DNA of 64,000 nt from Alphaproteobacteria bacterium (GTDB taxonomy: Bacteria > Pseudomonadota > Alphaproteobacteria > UBA7887): contig OZ241745.1 of assembly GCA_965201115.1 (NCBI GenBank), positions 2,953,166 to 3,017,165 of the forward strand. Direction: 5' to 3'. The notes beneath the pieces were generated by a model that searched no databases, was not told the DNA's origin, and saw only the letters and a program-made list of their open reading frames with translations. The position numbers were made by a program, and so were the translations under genes. Each line of letters opens with the position of its first letter. The stretch's first letter is position 1. Positions 1 through 9,546 of this stretch are shown here, one piece after another.

Positions 1-244
1 GGGGGCGCGCCGGCCGGGCGCGCCACGATACGTTTCCGCCGGAGCCTCGATGCTCCTCTCGATCTCCGATGCCGGCGCCGCGTTCCTGCCTAGCCATCGG
101 AATCGAGCCGTTTCTTCGATTTGCACCCTATCCGATTTCGGCTGTCGAGTCAAGTCGTTTCGTGCGTGCTTTTCACGGCTCGAGTCGCGAATCGAGCCGT
201 GTCGAAAACCGCCGGGGAGGGCGCGCCGCTCGCGGCTCTCCGTC

Positions 245-290
245 GACGCCGCACGGAAACGTGCGGGCGGGAACGCCCGCAGTACCGAGT
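245..290. repeat. Partial REP/MITE-like unit (inverted orientation) near the left edge
   Basis: cggaaacgtgcgggcgggaacgcccgcag resembles the reverse complement of the REP core. Confidence 0.3.
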
Positions 291-447
291 CGGGACATCC
301 GCGCGCCTCCACGGCGCCCGAAACGCCGAGCGAAAACCGCCGTGGGCCGCGGCGCGGAAGCGGAGCGTTCCGCAACGGTTGCGCCGGACCGCTCCCGCCG
401 GGGTGCAAGCGGGGGAGCGGCCCGGCCGTCGCGCGCGGCGCGAGCGC

Positions 448-786
448 TCAGATTTTGAAGCACCCCGCGCAGCTGATTATGGTCGAAAACGAACTGGCTT
501 GAACCGAGCCCGTTCCGCCCGAGACCGCGGTCAGCGATTCGTCCGCCAGCTCCGTATTCGGATCGGGCGGGAAGACGATGTGGATGACGTCTTCCGTGTT
601 CTCGGCCACGCGGGCCTCGGCGTCGGCGGGAATGGCGACGCCGAACTCCTGCAGCACGCCCCGCGCGCCGCCAGCCTCGATCCGCGCGCGCAACGCCTCG
701 TCGCCGCGATACCGTTCCGCCAGTGTCTCGAGGCTCCGGTAGCTGTCCAGCGCCCGCTCCACGCTTCCGCGCATTGCTCCGGTCAT
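448..786 (-). CDS. Nitrile-hydratase-leader-peptide (NHLP) family RiPP precursor: about 91-aa leader ending VSGG, then a 21-aa Cys/Ser/Thr-containing core TGSVQASSFSTIISCAGCFKI
   Basis: ORF 448..852(-) from internal Met23. The leader shows the NHLP signature (RALDSYRSLETLAERYRGDEALRARIEAG...VAENTEDVIHIVFPPDPNTELADESLTAVSGG) with a double-Gly cleavage motif. AGGGAG ribosome-binding site 9 nt upstream. Confidence 0.6.
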   Translation of the reverse strand: MTGAMRGSVERALDSYRSLETLAERYRGDEALRARIEAGGARGVLQEFGVAIPADAEARVAENTEDVIHIVFPPDPNTELADESLTAVSGGTGSVQASSFSTIISCAGCFKI

Positions 787-949
787 CGTTCTCGCTCCCT
801 TGCAAGCAGTCTTTTCGCTTCCCGTCATATCGCATTCGGGCCGGCGAGTCAAGCTGTATCGTACATTTTCCGCGCATCGCCGAATGGAATTGCACTACGC
901 GGGGCGCGCGCCGTCGACAAGGGCGCGGGCTTCGCGCTATCCTGGGCGC

Positions 950-2404
950 ATGGCGCGGACAGCGAACGCGGCGGGCAATCTCCGCGAATACACGGTCGGG
1001 GAGATCGCGGGCGCGGTGAAGCGCACGGTCGAGGGCGCGTTCGAGCGCGTGCGTGTGCGCGGCGAGATTTCGGGGTTTACGCGCGCCGGCTCGGGCCATC
1101 TATACATGACGCTGAAAGACGAGACGGCGGCGCTCGACGCGGTGGTGTGGCGCCGCGCGGCGGCGCGGCTCGCGGTGCGTCCGGAAAACGGCCTGGAAGC
1201 GGTGTGCGAAGGGCGGCTTACGACCTACGCGCCGCGATCGCGATACCAGCTCGTCATCGATTCGATATCGGCCGCCGGCGCCGGCGCGCTGCTTGCGCTG
1301 CTCGAGGAGCGGCGCCGCAAACTGGCCGCCGAAGGGCTGTTCGACGCGGCGCGCAAGAAGCCCGTTCCCTTCCTTCCCGATGTCGTCGGCGTCGTCACCT
1401 CGCCGAGCGGGGCGGCGATCCGCGATATCCTGCAACGCATCGGCGATCGCTTTCCGCGTCCGGTCCAGGTGTGGCCGGCGCGCGTGCAGGGGCCGGAAGC
1501 GGCGGTGGAAATCGCGCGCGCCATCGCGGGCTTCAACGCCCTCGCGCCCGGCGGCGCCGTACCGCGCCCCGACGTCCTGATCGTCGCGCGCGGCGGCGGC
1601 AGCGTCGAGGACCTGTGGCCGTTCAACGAGGAAGCGGTCGTGCGCGCCGCCGCCGCCAGCGCGATACCCGTTATCAGCGGCGTCGGCCACGAGACCGACA
1701 CGACGCTGATCGACCACGCGGCGGATTTCCGCGCGGCGACGCCGACCGCGGCGGCGGAAAAGGCGGTTCCCGTGCGCGGCGAGCTGGCGGCGGATCTGTT
1801 CGATCATGCGCGCCGCCTCGCGGCGGCGTTCGCGCGTCTCGCCGGCGAGCGCCGCCGCGCGGTCGAGGCGCTGGCGCGCGGCCTGCCGCGCCCGCGCGCT
1901 ATCGTCGAGGACAAGGCGCAGCGCCTGGACGAACGCGCGGGCAGGCTGGCGCGCGCGGCGGCCGCCCATACGGAGCGCCGCCGCGCCGCCGTCGAGGCGC
2001 TGGGGCATCGCCTCGGCGCGCCGGGCGCGCGGCTCGCCGCCGCGCGTGGGCGCATGAGCCTCGCCGAGGCGCGGCTGGGCGCGGCGGCGCGGGCGCGCAA
2101 CGCGGCGCTGGCGCGCGCGCTGGAGCGCCGCGCCGGCGGCGACCGCCTGCCCGCCGCCGCGCGGCGCCTGCTCGCCGACCGGCGGCGGAGCCTCGACGCG
2201 CTGACACGAAGCCTCGAATCGGTGAGCTACCGCAATGTGCTCGCGCGGGGCTATGCGGCGGTCCGCGGCGGCGGCGGGCGCGTGCTGCCCACCGCCGCCG
2301 CGGCGCGCGGCGCGCGGCGGGTCGAAATCGAGTTTTTCGACGGGTCTCTGGCGGCGGATGTCGCTCGCCCGCGGGGCGCCGGCGCGCAGGGAGAACTGTT
2401 GTGA
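950..2404 (+). CDS. xseA: Exodeoxyribonuclease VII large subunit
   Basis: OB-fold N-terminus (VRVRGEISGFTRAGSGHLYMTLKDE) and catalytic region (GGGSVEDLWPFNEE...GVGHETDTTL). Start taken at Met51 of ORF 800..2404. Confidence 0.85.
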   Translation: MARTANAAGNLREYTVGEIAGAVKRTVEGAFERVRVRGEISGFTRAGSGHLYMTLKDETAALDAVVWRRAAARLAVRPENGLEAVCEGRLTTYAPRSRYQLVIDSISAAGAGALLALLEERRRKLAAEGLFDAARKKPVPFLPDVVGVVTSPSGAAIRDILQRIGDRFPRPVQVWPARVQGPEAAVEIARAIAGFNALAPGGAVPRPDVLIVARGGGSVEDLWPFNEEAVVRAAAASAIPVISGVGHETDTTLIDHAADFRAATPTAAAEKAVPVRGELAADLFDHARRLAAAFARLAGERRRAVEALARGLPRPRAIVEDKAQRLDERAGRLARAAAAHTERRRAAVEALGHRLGAPGARLAAARGRMSLAEARLGAAARARNAALARALERRAGGDRLPAAARRLLADRRRSLDALTRSLESVSYRNVLARGYAAVRGGGGRVLPTAAAARGARRVEIEFFDGSLAADVARPRGAGAQGELL

Positions 2405-3354
2405 TGCTGAAACGCACGCTTGTTGCCGCGGCGGCGGCGCTGGCGCTGGCGCTGGTCTGCGCGCTGGCGCCGGCCGGGGCGGCGCGCGCGGCGGGGTTCG
2501 CGCTCGATCGCGCGCCGGAACAGGGCGGCATGGCGATCGGGCGCACCGAGCCGGGCTGCACGCTGTTTCTCGACGGGCTCGAGGTTCGCGTGGCCGCCGA
2601 CGGGCATTTTATCCTCGGCTTCGGCCGCGATAACGCGGCGTGGGCGGTCGTGCGGGTCATGTGCCCGGACGGAACGCAGCGCCGGCAGTTCCTGCCCGTC
2701 GCGGAGCGCGCGTGGGACGAAGAACGCATAAGCGGCCTGCCGCCGGAAACGGTGGATCCCGGCCCGGAGGCGCTCGCGCGGATACGCGCCGACGCCGCGC
2801 GCGTGCGCGCCGCGCGCACGGCCGACAGCGATCTCGAGGGCTGGCGCGAAGCGCTCGCATGGCCCGTCCCCGGCCCGGTTACCGGGCGCTTCGGCGCGCG
2901 GCGGATTCTCAACGGGCAGCCCCGGCGGCCGCATTTCGGGGTCGATATCGCCGCGCCGGCGGGCGCGCCGGTACGCGCGGCGGCGGCGGGGCGCGTGACG
3001 CTGGCGGAGACGCTGTTCCTTTCCGGCGGCACGGCCATTGTCGATCACGGCATGGGACTGTCGTCGAGCTATCTGCACCTGGGCGAGATCGCGGTCGCGC
3101 CGGGCGACACGGTGGCGCGGGGAGACGTTCTCGGCGCGGTCGGCGCGACCGGGCGCGCCACCGGCCCGCATCTCGACTGGCGCCTCAATTGGTACGAGAC
3201 GCGCCTCGATCCCGCGCGGGCGGCGGGGCCGATGCCGGGAACCGCGTCGGAAACTACGCCGGACGCTTCGCCCGATCGTCCGGCGGCCAGCGGCGATGCA
3301 GCCATAGCCACTGTTCCGGGCGCTCGCGAACCCATTCCTCCAGAATCGCGTTGA
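2404..3354 (+). CDS. M23 family metallopeptidase (signal peptide; HxxxD/HLH motifs)
   Basis: Last 317 aa of artefactual ORF 121..3354. N-terminal signal peptide, GVDIAAPAGAPVRAAAAGRV...VDHGMGLSSSYLHLGEI...GATGRATGPHLDW. TGATG overlap with the xseA stop. Confidence 0.8.
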   Translation: MLKRTLVAAAAALALALVCALAPAGAARAAGFALDRAPEQGGMAIGRTEPGCTLFLDGLEVRVAADGHFILGFGRDNAAWAVVRVMCPDGTQRRQFLPVAERAWDEERISGLPPETVDPGPEALARIRADAARVRAARTADSDLEGWREALAWPVPGPVTGRFGARRILNGQPRRPHFGVDIAAPAGAPVRAAAAGRVTLAETLFLSGGTAIVDHGMGLSSSYLHLGEIAVAPGDTVARGDVLGAVGATGRATGPHLDWRLNWYETRLDPARAAGPMPGTASETTPDASPDRPAASGDAAIATVPGAREPIPPESR

Positions 3355-4111
3355 TCGCCCGCGTCGCGCGCGCCGTTTCGGCCTCCCGGTCGCCCGCGGC
3401 GCGCAGCGGCACGGGCCGCACGGCAAAGCGGAAATACGCGCCGCCGCGGCGCTCCATGCGTATGCACGCGATGGGAACGCCGTGGCGCAGCGCCATCCGG
3501 GCGGGCGCGTCGGTCGTCATGGCGTCGCGCCCGAAGAAGGGGACGGGGACTCCTTCGTTCAGCTTCTGATCGACGAGAATTCCGATATGGTCGCCGCGGC
3601 GCAGGGCGGCGACCGTGGCGCGGGCGGCCCGCGCGCCTTTCGGGAAATGCCGCCCGCCCGTGCCTGCGCGCACGCGCCGCAAATAGCGGTCGAGCAGCGG
3701 GTTGTTGAGCGGGCGGTAGAGCTCCACCGTGGGCAGTCCGGCGCGCGCGGCGACGACCGACGGGATTTCCCAATTGCCGATATGGCCGCCGACGCAGAAG
3801 CCGCCGACGCCGTCGTCGCGCAGCGCGCGGAGGCAGTCCTCGCCGGCGATTTCGATGCGCTCTTCGGCGCCGCCTTCGCGCAGGCGCGCGAGGTGGGGGT
3901 ATTCCGCCAGCACGCGGCCCAGATTGTCCCACATGGCGGTTACGATGGCCTCGCGCTCGGCGGGGGCGCGTTCGGGGAAGGCCGCCGCGAGGTTGCCGCG
4001 CGCGACGCGCGAGATGGGCAGACGCGGGCCGATGGCGCGGCCGAGCCGCCCGCCGAGCGCCGATGCGCGGTCGAGCGGCAGCGCGCCGAACGCCGCCAGC
4101 AGCGCGCGCAC
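3254..4111 (-). CDS. Lipid A biosynthesis lauroyl/myristoyl acyltransferase (LpxL/HtrB, lysophospholipid acyltransferase family)
   Basis: C-terminal 285 aa of ORF 3254..5086(-). HIGNWE (Hx4E) acyltransferase motif, PVPFFGRDAMTTDAPARMALRHGVPI. GTG start chosen; the upstream 325 aa is Arg-rich junk. Confidence 0.7.
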   Translation of the reverse strand: MRALLAAFGALPLDRASALGGRLGRAIGPRLPISRVARGNLAAAFPERAPAEREAIVTAMWDNLGRVLAEYPHLARLREGGAEERIEIAGEDCLRALRDDGVGGFCVGGHIGNWEIPSVVAARAGLPTVELYRPLNNPLLDRYLRRVRAGTGGRHFPKGARAARATVAALRRGDHIGILVDQKLNEGVPVPFFGRDAMTTDAPARMALRHGVPIACIRMERRGGAYFRFAVRPVPLRAAGDREAETARATRAINAILEEWVRERPEQWLWLHRRWPPDDRAKRPA

Positions 4112-4200
4112 GACGACATACTCGCCGATGTGACGAAGCCGGCGGAGACACCGGCGAAAAAGGGAGCGGCGGCGGGCGGGCAAGGGCCGCGGGCGGGCGC

Positions 4201-4851
4201 CTAGCCGTCGCGGCTCAGCGCGTCGAGCCGGGCCTGCATGCGCGCCAGCTGCGCGCGCATCTCGTCGATCTCCGACGCCGCCGCCGGGCGGTCCGCCCCG
4301 CCGCCGGGCGCGGGCGGCGCGGCGCCGTTGCCGGAAGGGGGGGCGGCCGGGCCGGCTTCGGCTTTCGCGCCCGGCTCCGCCGCGCCGTCGGAAAACGGGC
4401 CGAACGTCCCGAGCGCGTTCCGGAAGGCGGCCATGTTGCGTTCGCCCAGCTCGTGCATCCGCCGCAGCGGGAACACGCCGCCGAACGCGGTTTCCATGTT
4501 GCGCCGGATGTACTTCTGGTTTTCCGCGAAACTGTCCATCGCGACTTCGAGATACGACGGCACCACGGCGCGCAGACCGTCGTCGTAATAGCCGATCAGC
4601 TGGCGCAGAAAACCTATGGGCAGAAGGTTCTCGCCCCTGGTTTCCTGTTCGAAGATGATCTGCGTGAGCACGGCGCGGGTGATGTCGTTGCCGGTCTTCG
4701 CGTCGTGGACGACGAACTCGACGCCGTTCTTGACCATGGCGCACAGGTCGTCGAGCGTGACGTAGCGCGACGCGCCGGTGTCGTAGAGGCGCCGGTTGGC
4801 GTATTTCTTGATAATCGTCGCGGGCGTTTCCTCGCCCTTGCCGTCGGCCAT
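4201..4851 (-). CDS. phaR: Polyhydroxyalkanoate synthesis repressor PhaR
   Basis: MADGKGEETPATIIKKYANRRLYDTGASRYVTLDDLCAMVKNG... is the canonical PhaR N-terminus. 216 aa. Confidence 0.85.
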   Translation of the reverse strand: MADGKGEETPATIIKKYANRRLYDTGASRYVTLDDLCAMVKNGVEFVVHDAKTGNDITRAVLTQIIFEQETRGENLLPIGFLRQLIGYYDDGLRAVVPSYLEVAMDSFAENQKYIRRNMETAFGGVFPLRRMHELGERNMAAFRNALGTFGPFSDGAAEPGAKAEAGPAAPPSGNGAAPPAPGGGADRPAAASEIDEMRAQLARMQARLDALSRDG

Positions 4852-4922
4852 CCCGCGCTCCCGTTGCCGTTCGCGCGACGATAGCGCAACCGCCGCCGCG
4901 CCGCAAGCGCCGCGGGAAGCGC

Positions 4923-5498
4923 TCAGCGCCGGCGGGCGCGCTGGAACTCCAGTTGCGCGCGGTCGAGCTGAAAGCCGATCGCGACGTCGTATTCCCACGG
5001 CGCGCGCGCCGCGCCGGCGGGAAAGCGCAGTTCGACCTCGCCCGGCGCCGCGCTCGCGATCGCGCCGCCGGGCTCCTCGAACGCAAACGCCGCCGCGAAC
5101 TCGCGCTTGCTCGCCACCGTCCCGTCGGGCGACACGGCGGCGACGAACCACGGAACGCGGCCGCCCGCCGCCGCGCCGATGGCGGGGTCGCGCTCGGCCG
5201 CCAGGAACACCGTGACAGCCAAGGTCATGCCGCCCGCGGGGTCGTCGGCGTCGGCATATTCGCACAGCGCTTCGAAGCCGGCGATGCGCGCCTCGAACGC
5301 AATCTCCGCGGGGTCGGTGTCCGCGCCGGGCGCGGAGCCGTCGGCCAGGCGCGAGAACGCGCCGGCGTCGGCGAGCATGCGGACGCCGGGGCATGGCAGC
5401 GCCGCATCGCCGCCGAGCCCGAAGACTTCGGCCGTCTCGCACCCGGCCGGCGCGAGCGCGGCGGCGGCGAGCGCGAGGGTTCTCGCGAGCGCCTTCAC
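4923..5498 (-). CDS. Hypothetical lipoprotein (lipobox LAPAGC)
   Basis: GTG start giving VKALARTLALAAAALAPAGCETAEV..., 191 aa. GTGA overlap with the upstream CDGSH gene. Confidence 0.4.
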   Translation of the reverse strand: MKALARTLALAAAALAPAGCETAEVFGLGGDAALPCPGVRMLADAGAFSRLADGSAPGADTDPAEIAFEARIAGFEALCEYADADDPAGGMTLAVTVFLAAERDPAIGAAAGGRVPWFVAAVSPDGTVASKREFAAAFAFEEPGGAIASAAPGEVELRFPAGAARAPWEYDVAIGFQLDRAQLEFQRARRR

Positions 5499-5734
5499 AG
5501 CGAGTTGTGCGTTCCGTCGCAGCGCGGGCCGTCGCCGGTTTTCTTGCAGCCGCACAGCCACGCGGTTTCGTCTTTCCCGGCCTTCCAGACGACGGGCGTT
5601 ATCCCCGCGCCGGCGTGCGAACCGTCGCACCACGGCTGATTCGCGCTCCGCCCGCAGGCGCACCATGCATAGTTGCGCCCCGCTTCCAGCGTGACTTCGT
5701 AAGGCGCCTTTTGGGCGACAACGCTCTCGGCCAT
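5495..5734 (-). CDS. CDGSH-type iron-sulfur domain protein (two CDGSH/CDGTH motifs)
   Basis: 79 aa, WCDGSHAGAG...RCDGTHNSL. Confidence 0.75.
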   Translation of the reverse strand: MAESVVAQKAPYEVTLEAGRNYAWCACGRSANQPWCDGSHAGAGITPVVWKAGKDETAWLCGCKKTGDGPRCDGTHNSL

Positions 5735-5922
5735 GGCGGCCCCCCGGTTCGGAATTCGCGAATCCGCGCATATTGCCCTGCGCGCCGCCGCTGTCAACCG
5801 CAAACCGCGCTCCTCCCTCGCCGCGCGCGCCGAACGATCGCCTTGGCTCGGGCTCGCGGGGTATTGACGAAACCGACGGAATCGACAATATGGACGGAAC
5901 AACCATTCTCGGAGGCAAGGCC

Positions 5923-6525
5923 ATGACCGAAACGAAGGCCGGCTCCATCCGCGCGCTCCAGGGCGCCGTTCGCGACGCCGCCGCGGCATTGGACGAAACG
6001 GCGATGACGACGCTGGCGGCGCACCCGCACGCCTTGCGCGCGGCGTTGGCCGCCGCGGCAAACGCGCTGGCGCGCCCGCCGCCGCGGCAAACGCGCGAGA
6101 TCGAAACCCTGGGCAGCGCCGAGCCGGCTCGCATCGATTCCGCCGAGGCGGAACGGCTCCTCGCGGCGCGGACGCGGCCGGTCGCGGTCGAGGGGCTGCT
6201 CTCTTCCGACGAAATCGCGGCCCGGATGGGCCTTCGGTCGCGGCAGTCCGTTCACGATTGGCGGCGGAAGGGACAGCTCATCGGGTGGCGAAGCGCGAAG
6301 CGGGGTTATGTCTTTCCCGAGGGCCAGCTCGACGCGCGCGACCGCCCGGTCGAAGGCTTGGAGCGTATCGCGCCGTTCTTTCCCGACGCCTGGGCCGCGT
6401 GGGTCTGGCTGACGGCGCCGCAGGCGGCGCTCGACGGCGAAACCCCGCTGGCCCTCCTGGGCCGCGGCGACGCGGTCCGCGTTACCGCGGCAGCCGAAGG
6501 CTACGCGCAAGGCGACTTCGCATGA
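5923..6525 (+). CDS. Antitoxin of an RES-Xre type II TA pair (DUF2384-like C-terminal domain; ParS/MbcA-like)
   Basis: GGAGG 11 nt upstream of ATG 5923. C-terminal APFFPDAWAAWVWLTAPQAALDGETPLALL resembles DUF2384. Sits immediately upstream of an RES toxin gene. Confidence 0.6.
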   Translation: MTETKAGSIRALQGAVRDAAAALDETAMTTLAAHPHALRAALAAAANALARPPPRQTREIETLGSAEPARIDSAEAERLLAARTRPVAVEGLLSSDEIAARMGLRSRQSVHDWRRKGQLIGWRSAKRGYVFPEGQLDARDRPVEGLERIAPFFPDAWAAWVWLTAPQAALDGETPLALLGRGDAVRVTAAAEGYAQGDFA

Positions 6526-6566
6526 GCGTTGTCGCTTCGATATCCATCACGAAGGAGTAAAGACCG

Positions 6567-7151
6567 ATGACGTACGACTCAGGACGCATCCGTAACCGTA
6601 TCCATCCAGTTGACTGTCGCTGCATGTACCGCGTCGTGCGGAACGAGTATCGCGACGACCCACTCCGTGCGAAGCCAACGCTGAGTCGATTTAGCGACCC
6701 CAACGGTAGTTACAGCGTTATCTACGGGGCCGATACAGTGCGATGCGGCTTTTGCGAGACGGCCATACGCGACAAGTTTGCGGGCGGCCGCCCGCGCGAG
6801 CTTCCGCGGTCGGAAATCGATTCCAGAGCGGTGGCAACCCTCTGTTCAGCGATGCCTCTTCGGCTTGTCGACCTTCGGCGCGATGGCCCCACCCGCATCG
6901 GCGCACCCACGGCCGTGGTTCACGACCGTCGCCAGTTGGCCGGCCGAGCGTTATCCGCCGCCACGTACGCCATGGTTCCGGAGGCCGACGGGTTTTTGTA
7001 TCCGTCGCGCTTCACAGGCGACGACTGCGTGGCGGTATTCGACAGGGCCATTCGCAAACTGCGGGTCTTGGACGTCGCGCCGCTCGCCGAATACAGCGAC
7101 GTCTACCCAGCGTTGAACGACTATGGAATCGACCTGACAACGTCCGCGTAG
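6567..7151 (+). CDS. RES domain toxin (NAD+-targeting ParT/MbcT-like)
   Basis: 194 aa, AAGGAG ribosome-binding site. RES-family motifs (YRVVRNEY...SRFS...SYSVIYGADT). Paired with the upstream Xre-like antitoxin. Confidence 0.65.
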   Translation: MTYDSGRIRNRIHPVDCRCMYRVVRNEYRDDPLRAKPTLSRFSDPNGSYSVIYGADTVRCGFCETAIRDKFAGGRPRELPRSEIDSRAVATLCSAMPLRLVDLRRDGPTRIGAPTAVVHDRRQLAGRALSAATYAMVPEADGFLYPSRFTGDDCVAVFDRAIRKLRVLDVAPLAEYSDVYPALNDYGIDLTTSA

Positions 7152-7416
7152 CGCGCCGGGGGCGGGTTACAGAATCCGATACACCCGGTACATCGGCCCG
7201 GTGGGGCGCATGCTGTGCCTCGCTGGCTTGCTTCACCACAACCGGCATACACAACAGACTGAAATCACTCAATTCCATTTCGGTACAGACTCTATGCCCG
7301 ACAGTCTGACATCCTGCGGAAGCGGCGAATCGTCACGCCGTCGAAATGCCGCCCGTCGTTCGGCAGGGTTTTCGGCTCCGAACAGGGCGCGGCGGCGGGG
7401 GTGGGTTCGGTTGCGG

Positions 7417-8616
7417 TCATGGCGCTTGCTCCTGCGCGGCGGTTACGCCGCGCGCGGCGAAATCGGCAATGGCGGCGCGGCCGTAGCCGAGTTCGGCCAG
7501 TATATCGGCGTTGTGCGCGCCAAGGAAGGGGGCCAGCGCGCGCGCCCCGGCGGGCGTGCGGTCGAAACGCGCGGCGGGGCGCGGCTGGCGCACCGGGCCA
7601 AGCACGGGGTCGTCATGAAGCTCGACGATGCCGTTCTCCACAACCTGCGGATCGCCGAGCAGTTCGCGGCGCCGCAGCACCGGCGCCGACGGAACCTGTT
7701 CGGCGTCGAGGCGCGCGAGGATCTCCGCCGACGGCCATTTCGCGATCTCGGCGCTCATGATCGCGCGGCGCTCGGCGACATTCGCGAAGCGCAGCGCCGG
7801 GGTTTCGAAGCGCGGGTCGGCCAGCAGATCTTCGCGCCGCAGCGCGCGGCAGAGGCCGGCCCATTCGGCGTCGGTCACCGCGCCGGCGGTGATATGGCCG
7901 TCGGCGGTCTTGAACACGAGGTCGAGGCCCATTTGCCCGCGCGCGGGGTCGGCCTCGCGGTCCGCCCATGAGAGCGCCGACATGCCCTCGGGCCACAGAT
8001 AGGAGATCGTGGCGTCGAGCATCGCCAGGCGGACATGCTGGCCTTCGCCGGTGCGTTCGCGCGCGAGCAGCGCGGCCGTAATCGCTTGCGCCGCGGTCAG
8101 CGCGGTCGTCTTGTCGGGCACGATAGTGCGCACCATGCACGGTTCGCCGGTCGCGCGGTCGGCCTGTATGTCGGCCAGCCCCGACAGCGCCTGGATCACC
8201 GGGTCGTACACGCGCATGTGGGCGTAGGGCCCGGTTTCGCCGAAGCCGCTGATCGAGACGTACACGATGTCGGGCCGGACGGCGCGCGCCGCGTCTTCGC
8301 CCAGCCCCATGCGTTCGATCGCGCCGGGGCGGTAGTTTTGCACGAGGACGTCGGCGGTAGCGGCGAGTTTGCGCGCGACCGCCGCGCCGTCGGCGGTCTT
8401 GAGGTCGATGGCCAGCGAGCGCTTGCCCCGGTTGCAGCACAGGAACGACGACGTCATGCCGCGGTTGTCGATGCCGACGCGGCGCATGAGTTCGCCGCCC
8501 GGCGGCTCGATCTTGATGACGTCCGCGCCCTGGTCGGCGAGCAGCATGGTCGCGACCGGCCCGGAGACCATCGTCGTCAGGTCGAGAACGCGGAAGCCGT
8601 GCAGCGGGCCGGTCAT
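7417..8616 (-). CDS. CoA transferase family III (CaiB/BaiF/Frc-like)
   Basis: MTGPLHGFRVLDLTTMVSGPVATMLLADQGADVIKIE...YRPGAIERMGLG. 399 aa. Confidence 0.85.
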   Translation of the reverse strand: MTGPLHGFRVLDLTTMVSGPVATMLLADQGADVIKIEPPGGELMRRVGIDNRGMTSSFLCCNRGKRSLAIDLKTADGAAVARKLAATADVLVQNYRPGAIERMGLGEDAARAVRPDIVYVSISGFGETGPYAHMRVYDPVIQALSGLADIQADRATGEPCMVRTIVPDKTTALTAAQAITAALLARERTGEGQHVRLAMLDATISYLWPEGMSALSWADREADPARGQMGLDLVFKTADGHITAGAVTDAEWAGLCRALRREDLLADPRFETPALRFANVAERRAIMSAEIAKWPSAEILARLDAEQVPSAPVLRRRELLGDPQVVENGIVELHDDPVLGPVRQPRPAARFDRTPAGARALAPFLGAHNADILAELGYGRAAIADFAARGVTAAQEQAP

Positions 8617-9275
8617 CGGGCTTCTCCGGGAAAGGAGAATTCGCGGTCGGGGTAGTTGAACCGCATGGCGTCGCGCCAGGCCGGCCGCCCGGCAATGCGC
8701 GCCATGTAGGCCGCGGCTTCGGCGGGGAGCGCGAAGCCGTATGCCTCCGCCCAGTCGAGGCAGGTCGCGAGCACGATGTCCGCTACGCCGAACCCGCCGA
8801 GCAGCCACGGGTCGGCCGCCGCGATGCGGTCGCGCCTGGCGTTCAGCTGCTTCGCGAAGTATGCGCGCGCCGATTCCACCGCCTCGGGCGCGGCGCCGTA
8901 TATGTGCGCCAGCGCGTCGTGGCGGCGGATCAGATAGAGGCTGTGCGCGTCGAGTTCGGTCATGGCGAAGTAGCACCATTCCGCCTGCCGCGCCCGGTCC
9001 GCCGCGCCGGCGGGCGCGAAAAAGCCCTCCGGCGCGGGGAAGCTCTCGGCGAGGTAGTTCACGATCGCCGCGCTTTCGGTGAGCACGAGGTCGCCGTGGC
9101 GCAGCGCGGGGATCTTGCCCAGAGGGTTAAGCGCGAGATACTCCGCCGTTTGCGTTTCGCCCGTTCGCGAGCCGATGGGGTGGGTGAAGTAGTCCACGCC
9201 GAGTTCGCGCAGCATCCAATGCACGCGCATGGCGCGCGTGCTGCCGATTCCCCACACTTCGAGCGCTCCGGCCAT
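8613..9275 (-). CDS. Glutathione S-transferase
   Basis: 220 aa, GST N- and C-terminal folds (ALNPLGKIPALRHGDLVLTESAAIVNYL). ATGA overlap with the CoA-transferase start. Confidence 0.8.
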   Translation of the reverse strand: MAGALEVWGIGSTRAMRVHWMLRELGVDYFTHPIGSRTGETQTAEYLALNPLGKIPALRHGDLVLTESAAIVNYLAESFPAPEGFFAPAGAADRARQAEWCYFAMTELDAHSLYLIRRHDALAHIYGAAPEAVESARAYFAKQLNARRDRIAAADPWLLGGFGVADIVLATCLDWAEAYGFALPAEAAAYMARIAGRPAWRDAMRFNYPDREFSFPGEAR

Positions 9276-9285
9276 GGCGCCGCCC

Positions 9286-9546
9286 CTAGCGCCCGGCCTC
9301 GCTTCGGGCCGCCGGAGCCGGTACGGCGAGGCGATCGCGCGCGTTGCCTGCCCGCCCTTTCGGGGGCGGTACGGGGTCGCCGAATTTCCGGGCGGTATCG
9401 AGCCATAACACCATTGCTTCCGCGATGCGCTTGCGGGCTTCTTCCCGCGTTGCGCCGTGCGCCATGCATCCGGGAAGTTCCGGGACTTCGGCCACGAACG
9501 CGCTGTCATCGGCGCTCCACCGGATAATCGCGTCGTATTCGTGCAT
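9286..9546 (-). CDS. hicB: HicB-like antitoxin (UPF0150 family), orphan
   Basis: MHEYDAIIRWSADDSAFVAEVPELPGCMAHGATREEARKRIAEAMVLWL. Alternative start at 9570. No hicA seen. Confidence 0.5.
   Translation of the reverse strand: MHEYDAIIRWSADDSAFVAEVPELPGCMAHGATREEARKRIAEAMVLWLDTARKFGDPVPPPKGRAGNARDRLAVPAPAARSEAGR

Noticed and set aside
121-3354. 1077-aa plus-strand ORF
   Set aside because: Artefactual read-through of Arg-rich junk and the xseA region. Only the last 317 aa (2404-3354, M23 peptidase) are a real gene.
3254-5086. 610-aa minus-strand ORF
   Set aside because: Only the C-terminal 285 aa (acyltransferase) are genuine. The N-terminal 325 aa are Arg/Gly-rich wrong-frame sequence overlapping phaR.
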